Both the position numbers and the translations under genes were made by a program. A stretch of DNA of 64,000 nucleotides from Nanobdellota archaeon (GTDB lineage: Archaea > Nanobdellota > Nanobdellia > Pacearchaeales > GW2011-AR1): NCBI GenBank assembly GCA_038045825.1, contig JBBSXJ010000004.1, forward strand, positions 95,301 to 159,300, written 5' to 3'. The notes beneath the pieces were generated by a model. The model did not search any database and was not told the origin of the DNA. It was given only the letters and a program-made list of their open reading frames with translations. This document shows positions 49,391-59,584 of this stretch, in pieces (the stretch's first letter is position 1; every line of letters starts with the position of its first letter).

Positions 49391-49765
49391 CTATTTCTTC
49401 TTGAATTCTACATTAATTAGATGTTCAAATTCTTTGTCACCTGTAACAAATTTATAATTGTTTTTTAATGAGAAAATGTAGCCAACTGCATCAAAGAAAG
49501 ATATGTTTTTACTTTTGTTTTGATGCCTGAACTTAATTGCTTCTATTAATGTTTCTTTATTTACTGAAATGCAGTATGCTTCTAATCTTTTAAACCAATA
49601 ATCTGCTACCTTTTCTCCTTCTTCTCTTAATAATACAAGATAGAATTCAGCTATTGTTGGATCTGTTATTATAAAGTCTGAGATTAAGTACCTTTCAAAT
49701 TCTTTATTGCTTTTTGATATCTCTACAAGAGCATATGTGTCCAAACATTTAGTTATCTCATCCAT
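49391..49765 (-). CDS. vapC: PIN-domain toxin (VapC)
   Basis: LDTYALVE, SFFDAVGY, VTGDKEF. Confidence 0.88.
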   Translation of the reverse strand: MDEITKCLDTYALVEISKSNKEFERYLISDFIITDPTIAEFYLVLLREEGEKVADYWFKRLEAYCISVNKETLIEAIKFRHQNKSKNISFFDAVGYIFSLKNNYKFVTGDKEFEHLINVEFKKK

Positions 49766-49980
49766 TTGCTTTCAAGCTCTTTTCTTGCCTCTTGAATCAT
49801 CTGCTTTGCGCTTTTTTTTGATTTTAATATGCCAAACATTTCTTTTAATACGTTTGTCTTTCTTTCGATTTGTATTACTATCCTTTCTTCAGGTTTTATC
49901 CTTAGTTTTTCAATTGTTTCACTGGGTATGATTATTCCTATGGAATTTCCCCATTTTTTTGTTTTTACTTCTATTGCCAT
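49753..49980 (-). CDS. vapB: AbrB/MazE-type antitoxin (VapB)
   Basis: KKWGNSIGIIIP. Confidence 0.88.
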   Translation of the reverse strand: MAIEVKTKKWGNSIGIIIPSETIEKLRIKPEERIVIQIERKTNVLKEMFGILKSKKSAKQMIQEARKELESKWMR

Positions 49981-50026
49981 TGTATAACTATTAGGTCTAA
50001 CTGTTATATAAATGTTTGTTTGTGAT

Positions 50027-53000
50027 TTATAATTTCTGAATGAAACCTGCCTTTGGCTTGAAAATGTCTCCTGATTTTGATAATTGATTTATTGCATCTT
50101 CTATTTCTTCTTTTGTTAGTTTTTCTCCCAATTCTTTTTCTAGTTCTGCTGTGGGGATTAGTTTTCCTAGACTTTGTTCTAACTTAGATATTGTTTCTCT
50201 TACTATTATGATTTTATTTCTTTTTGATGCAGGAATTCCAGTTGTTATTCTATCTACATCAAATGTTTGAGTTTCTTCATCAAATCCTACTTGCATCATC
50301 GAATATTTTAGTAATTTTATTGCTCTTCTTGCGTCTTCAACACCCACATAACTACTCAATCTTATTTTTGCACATGCTTCTGAAAGTCTTACTATTGCCT
50401 CTAATTGTCTAGCAGTTATTGGAATTGCTTTTATTTCTGAATTTCCAGATAATGTTCTATTTCTTATTGAAATATAGAATTCTTTTATTTCTTCTGCCGC
50501 TTCGTCTGTTAATTTTGGTTTTATTTTTCTTGCAAATGCGACATACTTTCTTAATAGTTTTGGATCTATTACATCTCTTTCAACTGTTTGTTTGTGTTCT
50601 TCTAAGACATGAGATGCAATTGCTTCATCCTGGACTCTGTTTGGTATGTCTCTTAATACAAAGATAACATCAAATCTACTTAATAATGCTGGAGAGATAT
50701 TGATTTGCTGAGGAATAGGAATTACTGGATCAAATCTTCCTAATTTTGGGTTGCCAGCTGCTAGAACTGAAGTTTCTGATCTTAGTGTTGCTTGGATATT
50801 TGCTTTGGAGATTGTAACAGTATTATGAAGAATTGCTGCTTGGGAAACAAACGCATGGTTTGGTTCAATAGTTACATCGTAAACCCATTCTTCATCTTCA
50901 TTGTCCATTACTTCAACACCCCTTACTTTTTCCCACCCAATATCTCCCGTTAATATTTCTAAGAACTCCTTGTTTTTTTCATTTTTAACTTGGAGCAGTA
51001 AATTTTTCAAGAAATCTGCTGAAAATGAAAACTTGTCATTTCTAACTTGATGATCATAAATTATGTCATATTGCTTATATTTGCCTACTTGAGTTATATT
51101 CTCTTCTTTAATTATTGCGATTATTGATTCGTTAAAATCTAAAGGAAGCCTGTTTTTTACATATCTCCTTATCTTTTTTTCTTTAAGATAATTATTTATT
51201 ATTTGATTCTTTCTCTCTGTTACAAATCCAATATTTTCAGAGAATCTTTGAATATTTTGATAATCTGTTATTCCTACCTTGTAAAATCCTTTATGCTCTG
51301 TTACTGAACTTCTTATTTTAAACCTAAGCAGCAAGTCTTGTATTTGCTCTGCTAGTCTTTTACTTTTTGTTGAATATCCTATCCTTATTGTTCTCTTTTT
51401 TATTGAAGCATAACCATCTCCTTCAAATAAACAGGAGATCATTGCTGCAATATTTTCTTTTTCACCTTTCATCGCAAATTTTGGTATTTCTTTCTCTCCT
51501 GCATATCTAATCATTTCATGCATATTCTTTAAAATAAAATTACTTAGCTCTCTAGAAATATAACGGCAGAAATACATTGGGCCTGTCGGATCTATTCTTA
51601 TCTGTTTATATGGTTTAAGATTAAATGTCTTTTTCATACATTCTTCAAAATCTTTTATGACAATTTCATCTTTATTCGCAAAACTTATCCTGATTAATTT
51701 ACCTCTATTTCTTTCCTTTGATCCCTCTGAAACAATATATCCTACTATCTTGAATAGCTCTCTGCAATTAGATGTAGGAATAGTTGGATGTTGTTTTATT
51801 CTTTGGTCCAAGCTTACCCCCATCTTTTCAAATACTTGTTTCTTTCCACTTATTGGCATACTTAATGGAATTGGGATTGGATCTTCTAGTTGGATATTAT
51901 CTGCTCTTTTTGTTATTATTTTTCCATCTTTTACAGTGAATACGGGATGTTCCGGGGTAACTATTATTTCTCTCCCATGAGATAATTTTATTTTAATAAA
52001 TTTTTTAAAAGCTTTATGCTTGCTTATGCGAGTAGCTTTTATTGGAGAGATATTTTTCCAATCTGTTGTAAGTAGTTCTAAATCATTAACATGAAGTATT
52101 AAACAGTCTTTTCCTTGAATTATTTTTTCTTTATTTTTTTCTAGAAGACTCTCAACTAATTCTCCTATTTTTACTTCTTGACCATCTGCTAGACTAATTA
52201 TTGTATCTTTGTGATAACATTGTTGCTCCATGCTTTCATGCATCGTTGATCTATCATGTTCGTCCATTTTTTCTATTTCATCTATACAAACTGTTCCTTT
52301 ATTTGATAGAACCATTGCTCCTGCTTCTAGAGACCATCCTTTCAAAAATTCATCTTTTACAACTGCTGCTGTAAGGCCTGCTCCTGTTGCTGCTTTTCCA
52401 GAAACATAACGTCCTTTAGGAGCTACACGAGATACAAATTTTAGAGTTACCGATTTTGCTACTCCAGGATCTCCTACTAAAAGAACGTGAATGTCTCCTC
52501 TTGTGTTCCCACCATCTGAACGTTTTTTCTTTACACCTGAAAATAACTGAAGAAGTATAGCTTCTTTTACTTCTTTGAAACCATATACGCTTGGAGCTAT
52601 ACTGCTTGCAAGTCTTTCAAATGCTTTTGGATCTGTAGCTATTTTTTTTATTTGTTCTTCGTCTTTTTCATTTACTTCCAGATCATCAAATGTTTCTTCT
52701 AAAGGTATTGCATTATTTGCTTCAATTGCTAAATCGAATCTTGTAGAAATAGAACCTTGCTGAAGAGGTACAGGAACTTCCTTTAGAACACCTATTATTC
52801 TTACTTTACTTCCAGGAGTCGTTCTATCTTCCATTCTAGGATCTACCAAATCTTCTTTCAGAAAGACATTCATTCTTCTTGGCTGCTCTCCTCCTTCTAA
52901 TGAATCTGGAGATTCTTCAATTACAAGACGTTGAGCATCAACCAGTTCTTTTGAAAGTAGTTTGAATAATCCCTTTCTTCCGCATGAACATCTACTTGGT

Positions 53001-53434
53001 TCTCTGAATTTTCTGTCTATTTGAAGAACTGATAAAATTGCTCCACATGTTGGACATTCAAATCTGGCATTAACAACTTGAGGTCTTACATCTGACGCTT
53101 GACGAACTATTCCTTCAATTGTTATGAATTGATCTAAATGTTTTGCCCTAATTTCTTTTATTTTTATTTTGACTGAATCTGGGAGAGATGTGAATCTTAT
53201 TCTTGGAGGTTTTGGAAGGTATGCTTGTTCTTCCAGGCAAAGTTCTAATAAGGCAATTATTTCTTCTGGAGTCTCTAAAAGTTTTTCTGATAACATTGGA
53301 GAAAATTTAGATAAGTGATAAAAGTCTAAAGGAACAACTTGGTCATTTTTTACAGATCTTATTATCTCCTTCTTGCTGTTTTGGAAGAATTCTTTTGCTT
53401 CTTTTTCAAGTTCCTGCTTTTTTCCTAGTTCCAT
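50027..53434 (-). CDS. mcm: Replicative helicase MCM containing an intein
   Basis: Zn finger CPTC..CSC, Walker A GDPGVAKS, CIDE.EKM, LLSRFD arginine finger, C-terminal winged helix. Confidence 0.96.
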   Translation of the reverse strand: MELGKKQELEKEAKEFFQNSKKEIIRSVKNDQVVPLDFYHLSKFSPMLSEKLLETPEEIIALLELCLEEQAYLPKPPRIRFTSLPDSVKIKIKEIRAKHLDQFITIEGIVRQASDVRPQVVNARFECPTCGAILSVLQIDRKFREPSRCSCGRKGLFKLLSKELVDAQRLVIEESPDSLEGGEQPRRMNVFLKEDLVDPRMEDRTTPGSKVRIIGVLKEVPVPLQQGSISTRFDLAIEANNAIPLEETFDDLEVNEKDEEQIKKIATDPKAFERLASSIAPSVYGFKEVKEAILLQLFSGVKKKRSDGGNTRGDIHVLLVGDPGVAKSVTLKFVSRVAPKGRYVSGKAATGAGLTAAVVKDEFLKGWSLEAGAMVLSNKGTVCIDEIEKMDEHDRSTMHESMEQQCYHKDTIISLADGQEVKIGELVESLLEKNKEKIIQGKDCLILHVNDLELLTTDWKNISPIKATRISKHKAFKKFIKIKLSHGREIIVTPEHPVFTVKDGKIITKRADNIQLEDPIPIPLSMPISGKKQVFEKMGVSLDQRIKQHPTIPTSNCRELFKIVGYIVSEGSKERNRGKLIRISFANKDEIVIKDFEECMKKTFNLKPYKQIRIDPTGPMYFCRYISRELSNFILKNMHEMIRYAGEKEIPKFAMKGEKENIAAMISCLFEGDGYASIKKRTIRIGYSTKSKRLAEQIQDLLLRFKIRSSVTEHKGFYKVGITDYQNIQRFSENIGFVTERKNQIINNYLKEKKIRRYVKNRLPLDFNESIIAIIKEENITQVGKYKQYDIIYDHQVRNDKFSFSADFLKNLLLQVKNEKNKEFLEILTGDIGWEKVRGVEVMDNEDEEWVYDVTIEPNHAFVSQAAILHNTVTISKANIQATLRSETSVLAAGNPKLGRFDPVIPIPQQINISPALLSRFDVIFVLRDIPNRVQDEAIASHVLEEHKQTVERDVIDPKLLRKYVAFARKIKPKLTDEAAEEIKEFYISIRNRTLSGNSEIKAIPITARQLEAIVRLSEACAKIRLSSYVGVEDARRAIKLLKYSMMQVGFDEETQTFDVDRITTGIPASKRNKIIIVRETISKLEQSLGKLIPTAELEKELGEKLTKEEIEDAINQLSKSGDIFKPKAGFIQKL
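50822..52219 (-). mobile_element. 466-aa LAGLIDADG-containing intein in MCM at MEQQ|T
   Basis: Begins CYHKDT, block B VTPEHP, LAGLIDADG blocks VGYIVSEGS and ISCLFEGDG, ends VYDVTI...ILHN followed by Thr. Confidence 0.95.
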
Positions 53435-53563
53435 TGGAAGTAGGGGTTGTGTTTGCTTTAAATTGTTTATTGCTATCTTAGCATATGTTTGTTTATTGTT
53501 AATACTTCAGGGTTTTGCTATATGGTTCTTCATTTACAGTTGTTGTTCTTGCGATCATCTCTA

Positions 53564-53658
53564 GATTTGCATTTTGGATTGTTTTAGTAATTTTGATTTT
53601 AAGAAAATAGTTGCTGGAATAATAACAGCAAGTCATATTCATAAGAGAAAGAAGTTTA
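53564..53658 (+). pseudogene. Relic of a surface-protein C-terminal anchor paralogous to 34151-34246
   Basis: FAFWIVLVILILR/(1-nt deletion)/IVAGIITASHIHKRKKF versus FVFWVVLIVLILGIIVVGIIIASHVHKRKKF in surface protein 2. Confidence 0.85.
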
Positions 53659-53738
53659 AAAACTCATTATGGATTTGTGATTTTTAGTTGTTGAATTCTA
53701 GAACAAACTTTATAAATGACTTTTGTATACTTATTGTA

Positions 53739-56700
53739 ATGAAAAGAGATGGTTTTTTATTTGTAGTTATTGCTTTTGCCATTCTCTCTGCTTTTGTTTT
53801 TTATTTTGATTACTCTAAAGAATGTGGTTCCGTTGTTTGTATAGCAACATTTGTTTCCACTGGAGAGACTTCGGCTTCCGAATATAAGTTAGATGATTCT
53901 GTTTTATCTAAAATTATTTATCCTTTCGTTAATCCTGTTGAAGGTGTTCTTTTACAGCCTGCTGATGATCCAACTGAACCACCTTTGCCACCTAGTGATT
54001 TAAATGCTACACCTTTAAGTTTTTCCTCTATGAGATTGGATTGGAAAGATAATAGTAATACTGCAAATAATGGTGAGGAAGGATTTATTTTGCAGTATAA
54101 ATTATCTTCTGCTCCTGCATCTGCTTGGGCGGATGCTCCTGGTGCTAATGGTTTGCCTCCAAACACAGAATCATTTATACATAATAATCTCATGCCAAGC
54201 ACTTCTTATGATTATAGAGTGCTTGCTTATAATATAATTGATTCTTCTCCTTGGTCAAATACTGCTACTGGAATTACTCTATCTGATGCGCCTATTATTA
54301 ATTCATTTAGTCCTAATCCTGTTTATAATCATGTTTCAACTAATGTTTCAATACTAGGAGATAATCTTCCAGTTAATTTTGCTATTTTGTTTAAACCTCA
54401 AGGACAAGCTAGTTATGATCCTTATTGTTCTTTTGCTACTGCTGGCTGTTCTAGAATTAGCTCTAATGAAATTAGATTTCCTATACAGAGAAATGCTATC
54501 GCAGATGTTTATGATATTAAAGTTGTTAATTTAGATAATTCTCGAGAATCTCAACCTCAGCAGCTTACTATTAGAAATGCACCTGTTCCAATAATTAGTA
54601 CATTAACTCCTGGAACTGTAAGACATAATATTGCAAGGACGATTACAATTAATGGATCTAATTTGATGCCAGAGTATGCTATTTTTGCAAGAGATACACT
54701 TACTCAAACGACTCTGAGTATTTGTAATTATCTTACTGGAAGTAATTATAATTGTAATTGGGTTAATAGCAATACATTCACTTTTGTGATTCCTCAAGGA
54801 CAGGATACAGGGTCTTTTGAGTATCAATATGCTAATGTAATAGATGCTAATACTGGTTTCTTTCAGTATTCAGTTAATTGGTTGCCTTTGACTATAGAGC
54901 CTACGACTTGTCTTGATGGTGTCGATACTACTCCTTGTAGTAACCAACAAGGTGTTTGTCAAGGTTCTGTTGCTAGATGTGTTGATGGAGAGTTTGAAGT
55001 TTGCAATTCTGCAACTTATTCTACTCATAGTCTAAATTATGCTTCTGTTGAAACTGGCTCTGTTTTATGTGCTGATGGTAGCGATAATGATTGTGACGAG
55101 CTTAATATTGCTACTGGTGGAAGAGATTATGTTGGAAGTGGAAATGGTGCTATTAAAGGAGATACTGGCTGTCCTATTCAAATTACAAATATAAATGCAC
55201 CTTCTAGTGTTAATACAGGCACTAATTTTAATTTAGTTTGCACATCAAATCCTGGAAGTGTTTCTGTTGCATTAGATGGATTTATTGACTCTTCTTCTTG
55301 CGCTTTATCTAGTTCTAGTGGAAATACCGCTACTTTTAGCTGTGTTAGTTCTTCTACTCCTGGGATAACTCAAATTGCAAAGTGCGACGTTGATTCTTCT
55401 ATATCTTATAGGAGTGGAAATGCTTTGACATCTAATGTACAAATAACTGCTAGTTCTTGTTCTGGATATAGTGAAAGTACAAGTTGCAATGCTGCACCTG
55501 GTAATATTTGTCAATGGTGTCTTGGATGTGCTGGTACCAGCGGGACTAAATCTAGCGGGGGTCCAGATAGATGTGTAGATGCAGGTACTTGTTCTGGATC
55601 TTATCAATGTAGAATTAATCAATGTGGTGCTACGTGTGAGGGAACTTCTAGTGGTTGTTCTCAATCACAGAGTTGTAATGCTAACTCTTGCGGTTGTGTT
55701 GATCAGAGCCCGGTTATAAATAATATAAATAATCTTCCTAGTCCTACATTTTCATGGGGATCTAACAATGCTTTAACTGTTAATGGACAATATTTTGCTT
55801 CTAATGCTGAATTAAGAATTGATGGAGTTCCTTGTTCTACACGATGTCAGAATTTAGTTATTACTGGAAATAGTATCTCTTTTAATATTGGGGCTGGAGC
55901 ATTTGGAGTTGGAACTCATACTATTGTTGTTAGAAACCCAACTCCTTCTCCTGGATTGAATTCTAGCTCTTTAACTTTCACTTTAAGATCTAATCCTGTA
56001 ATAAACTCTGTTTCCCCTAATATTATTGTTAATAATGTTAATAATGTGATTAATATAACTGGAAATGATTTTGATCCTTTAGCAATTGTTACTGCTAATG
56101 GAATAGCTGTAACTCCTTTGATAGTTGTTGTTAATTCTAATTTAATACAATTACCTTTACCTCCTGGAATATTGGGGACTTTAGTAGGGGACTTTGCAAT
56201 TAGAGTTATAAGTGGAGATGGTGTTGTTTCTTCTCCTCCGCAAAATCTTAGAGTTAATTACCCATTTAGTTATCTTTCTACATTGAATCCTTCTATTGTT
56301 CCTGTTGTTTCTGGATCTTCATTTAATGTCCTGGTTGAATTAGAAAGTCTTGTTGAAATGACTCAAGAAGAAGTTATTATTTCTGCTCAGTCTATTCCTG
56401 AAGCTTCTGTTAGCTTTGTTGGATTAGATAGATGCACTCCTAGTGCTGGAAACCCTAATCCTACTTGTAATGTGACTCTTGATGTAGATGTTGGAAATGT
56501 AGTTGAACAAGATTATAATATTACTATTACTGCAACATCTCAAACTACCAACATTGTCCGTCGGGTTACGTTAATTTTGCAAGGGGAGATAGGAACTCTT
56601 GCTGAATGTAGAAATGGTATTCAAGATACTCATGAAACTTGTGTAGATGGCGGAGGTCCTATCTGCGCACCTGCTGGTATTTTATGTGGCTTTGGAGAGT

Positions 56701-57806
56701 CTTGTTTATTAAATTCTGATTGTGTTGTTGCTGGCTCTGCATATACTGCTGGATTGTGTTATAGCAATAATATTTGTAGTATAGATAATGATGGAGATAG
56801 TGTTCCTGATGGACCAATTCCCAATAATTTAGATTTATGTCTTAATACTCCTATATCTACAATTGTTAGTACTTTGAATGGGTGTCCTGTTCCTTCTGTT
56901 TCTAGATTTGTATCTCCGTTAACTACTAATTTCTTTGCAGTTCCTGATTTGAGCAATGTTCAAGATATGTCTCTGGCGGTTTCTGGGGCAGGAAGAATAC
57001 AATATTTAGGGCAAAGAGTTTCTGTTTTGAGAAATGCTACAGGGGTTCATCAGGCTTTGAATTTAGATAATGCCGTAAATATAGAAAGCAATTTGATTGG
57101 GGTTGATGCTTTGGGTAATCCTGAACTTGATCAAACTGCTGTTTTGACATTTGAAGGTTTATCTTACTCTGAAGCGCCTACTCCTGTTGTTTCAAGTTCT
57201 ACAGGATATATTGTTTGTCCTTCTACTTTATGCCAGAGTTTGTCTTATGTTAATGGAGTATTCAGCGTGAATGTTGCTGGATTTAGTAATTATAGTACTC
57301 AAAATTCTACCTGTGGAGATACTTATTGTAGTTTGAGTGAGACTTGTTCTTCTTGTGGTTCTGATTGCGGAGTATGTACTTCTTCTAGTGCAAGTGGATC
57401 TGGTAGTGGTAGTTCTGGAGGATCAGGAGGATCTAGTGGGGGACCTCCTAGAAGATCTAGTACTTTAGTTACTCAATGCAATGATAGAATTGATAATGAT
57501 GGAGATGGAAGGATAGATTATCCTGCAGATACTGGATGTACAAATGTTCAAGATAATCTGGAATTGTTTGTAGAACCTCTTATTGATACAGACGAAGAAG
57601 AAACAGGAGAGGAGATTTCTCTTGAAAGAATATTTGAAGTAAGGGTTGTATTTTGGATAGTTCTTCTTGCTTTGATTGGAGGAATAGTTGTTGTATCTAC
57701 AGTAATACTTAGAGATTTGATGGGAAGAAAGAAATTTAATCAGCTTTCTAAAGCAATTAATCCAACCCAATCTTCAACGCGGAGTTCTCCTCCTGTAGGC
57801 ATATAA
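53739..57806 (+). CDS. Giant membrane-anchored surface protein 3 (FN3, several IPT/TIG, Cys-rich motifs)
   Basis: N-terminal TM, FN3, P.I.S..P IPT starts, C.DG.DNDCD, Gly/Ser linker, TQCND.IDNDGDG.IDYPAD.GC, C-terminal TM followed by RKK. Confidence 0.85.
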   Translation: MKRDGFLFVVIAFAILSAFVFYFDYSKECGSVVCIATFVSTGETSASEYKLDDSVLSKIIYPFVNPVEGVLLQPADDPTEPPLPPSDLNATPLSFSSMRLDWKDNSNTANNGEEGFILQYKLSSAPASAWADAPGANGLPPNTESFIHNNLMPSTSYDYRVLAYNIIDSSPWSNTATGITLSDAPIINSFSPNPVYNHVSTNVSILGDNLPVNFAILFKPQGQASYDPYCSFATAGCSRISSNEIRFPIQRNAIADVYDIKVVNLDNSRESQPQQLTIRNAPVPIISTLTPGTVRHNIARTITINGSNLMPEYAIFARDTLTQTTLSICNYLTGSNYNCNWVNSNTFTFVIPQGQDTGSFEYQYANVIDANTGFFQYSVNWLPLTIEPTTCLDGVDTTPCSNQQGVCQGSVARCVDGEFEVCNSATYSTHSLNYASVETGSVLCADGSDNDCDELNIATGGRDYVGSGNGAIKGDTGCPIQITNINAPSSVNTGTNFNLVCTSNPGSVSVALDGFIDSSSCALSSSSGNTATFSCVSSSTPGITQIAKCDVDSSISYRSGNALTSNVQITASSCSGYSESTSCNAAPGNICQWCLGCAGTSGTKSSGGPDRCVDAGTCSGSYQCRINQCGATCEGTSSGCSQSQSCNANSCGCVDQSPVINNINNLPSPTFSWGSNNALTVNGQYFASNAELRIDGVPCSTRCQNLVITGNSISFNIGAGAFGVGTHTIVVRNPTPSPGLNSSSLTFTLRSNPVINSVSPNIIVNNVNNVINITGNDFDPLAIVTANGIAVTPLIVVVNSNLIQLPLPPGILGTLVGDFAIRVISGDGVVSSPPQNLRVNYPFSYLSTLNPSIVPVVSGSSFNVLVELESLVEMTQEEVIISAQSIPEASVSFVGLDRCTPSAGNPNPTCNVTLDVDVGNVVEQDYNITITATSQTTNIVRRVTLILQGEIGTLAECRNGIQDTHETCVDGGGPICAPAGILCGFGESCLLNSDCVVAGSAYTAGLCYSNNICSIDNDGDSVPDGPIPNNLDLCLNTPISTIVSTLNGCPVPSVSRFVSPLTTNFFAVPDLSNVQDMSLAVSGAGRIQYLGQRVSVLRNATGVHQALNLDNAVNIESNLIGVDALGNPELDQTAVLTFEGLSYSEAPTPVVSSSTGYIVCPSTLCQSLSYVNGVFSVNVAGFSNYSTQNSTCGDTYCSLSETCSSCGSDCGVCTSSSASGSGSGSSGGSGGSSGGPPRRSSTLVTQCNDRIDNDGDGRIDYPADTGCTNVQDNLELFVEPLIDTDEEETGEEISLERIFEVRVVFWIVLLALIGGIVVVSTVILRDLMGRKKFNQLSKAINPTQSSTRSSPPVGI

Positions 57807-58901
57807 CTACTCTATTTGGAATCTTAAAATTGCTCCAAAACCCTTTGTAATATTGAAGAACTGTTCTCCTTCTTGAGTTTCATTTGAAATAAGAATTACT
57901 TCTGAGCCCATATCTAGAGCCAGTCTTTCGAACTCGGCTATCTTGCTCTTTTCTAACTTACTTGATAATAATAATTTGTATACTGCTCCTCTTTCTAGAG
58001 CTACTCTTGTTTTATCTTCTCCATATGCAGCTTTTTCAGGGTATTTTCCTAGAGTCATGAAAAATTCTTCTATGATCTTTTTTTCTTTTATTATTTCTTG
58101 TTCGGCTATATCTTCTTGAGATGCTTCAACTAATAGTTTTAATCCATGTTCATCAACATAACCTATATCTTTTACTGCAATTACTTTTTCTTTTAATTTT
58201 GTAACTAGATTTCCATCTTCTAAGAATTCTTCTTTAGTTGGGATTGGACCACCTACTAAAAGACCTTTCAATCTTGGAAGTTCGAAGAATAATTCTTTTG
58301 CTGCTTCACTAGTTCTTCTAAAGAACTCTTTGGCTAGGCCTTCTGTAATTCTATGGAATCTTTGTGCTGATTGACCACCAGCCCTTACTTTAGATGGAAC
58401 ACCCGAAGTTAAATGTCTTAAAACTTTAATTTGCTTTCCTTCTAGTAATCCTAGTGTTGCTTCTTGCCTATCGATTACTATTAATCCATAGACTTCATCT
58501 GTTTGCAACATCTCCCTTAAGGGTTCTGTTACAAATACTTGATCGCAACGATACATTCTTACACGTAGAGGTTTAGGCGGTTCTATTGCCCATAATTTAA
58601 TATCTGATATTCCTTCTTTTTCAGAAATATTTCCTGCGTAAAGAGCTAGACCATTTGGAGGAGTTTGTTTTGTACCTTTAAGGAAACGTACTATCATATC
58701 TATAGAGTCGGTTACTGCTGATCTCGTTGCTTTAGACTTAATGTTGTCTGCAGTGGATCTTTCAGCTTCTAATTGTTTTGTTACGCTATGGATATTAAAA
58801 TCAACTGGAATCATCACTGTTACTAGTTCTGTATGTCTGCCTCTTACAGCTTCTAGTTCTTCAATCTGTTCTTCTAATTGTAATTTCTGTTTGTCGTTCA
58901 T
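57807..58901 (-). CDS. prf1: Peptide chain release factor aRF1
   Basis: GRHTELVT, NIKS, YRCD, GGQSAQRF. Confidence 0.96.
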   Translation of the reverse strand: MNDKQKLQLEEQIEELEAVRGRHTELVTVMIPVDFNIHSVTKQLEAERSTADNIKSKATRSAVTDSIDMIVRFLKGTKQTPPNGLALYAGNISEKEGISDIKLWAIEPPKPLRVRMYRCDQVFVTEPLREMLQTDEVYGLIVIDRQEATLGLLEGKQIKVLRHLTSGVPSKVRAGGQSAQRFHRITEGLAKEFFRRTSEAAKELFFELPRLKGLLVGGPIPTKEEFLEDGNLVTKLKEKVIAVKDIGYVDEHGLKLLVEASQEDIAEQEIIKEKKIIEEFFMTLGKYPEKAAYGEDKTRVALERGAVYKLLLSSKLEKSKIAEFERLALDMGSEVILISNETQEGEQFFNITKGFGAILRFQIE

Positions 58902-58994
58902 AATTATGATTGTGAGAATTGTGTTTTAAACATTGCTAATTGAAATTATCGGGCTTAAAATTATAAGCTTTGAGATAATTTTAAAGATTGCATA

Positions 58995-59378
58995 TTACAA
59001 CATAATAGCTTCTTTAAGGTCTCTGAAATGTGAATCTTTCGTTATTATTTTTGCACTTATTGATTTTGCTGCACAGATAATCAATGTATCTGCTAGAGAT
59101 ATTGTTGACTTATTCATTCTTTTTTCTGCATGAAGAGCTCCTGCTTCTTTTGAGATTCTTGGTGTTAATTTAAAGATTTTTGCTCTTTTTATCATTGATT
59201 CGTATGCTGTTTCTATATTTTTATCTTTTCTTTTTAGAAAACTAACTACTTCTCCTATGTTTATATTTAGAATAAATATTTCATTATCCTCTTGTAAAAT
59301 ATCATTGACTTTTTCCCCTGATGAGCTTCCTTCAAAATATTCTATCCAAGCAGATGAGTCAACAAAATATTTCATCAA
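58995..59378 (-). CDS. vapC: PIN-domain toxin (VapC)
   Basis: FVDSSAWIEYF, SLADTLI, ITKDSHF. Confidence 0.9.
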   Translation of the reverse strand: MMKYFVDSSAWIEYFEGSSSGEKVNDILQEDNEIFILNINIGEVVSFLKRKDKNIETAYESMIKRAKIFKLTPRISKEAGALHAEKRMNKSTISLADTLIICAAKSISAKIITKDSHFRDLKEAIML

Positions 59379-59584
59379 AAACGATCTTTCATACGATCTT
59401 TAGTTGTGAAATGATTTACTCCCTTTAATGCTCCAAAGTAACTTTTTCTCGATTTTTTTACTGAAATCTCAACTACTTGATTTTCTTCAAGTTGCTCTTC
59501 CTTTACTATTTCTATAGGTATAGTTACAACTAGAGAACCTCCTATTCTTCTTGTTGTTGCTAGTGTCTTTAATTCTGTTTCCAT
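59375..59584 (-). CDS. vapB: AbrB/MazE-type antitoxin (VapB)
   Basis: RRIGGSLVVTIP; 4-nt overlap with vapC. Confidence 0.88.
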   Translation of the reverse strand: METELKTLATTRRIGGSLVVTIPIEIVKEEQLEENQVVEISVKKSRKSYFGALKGVNHFTTKDRMKDRF

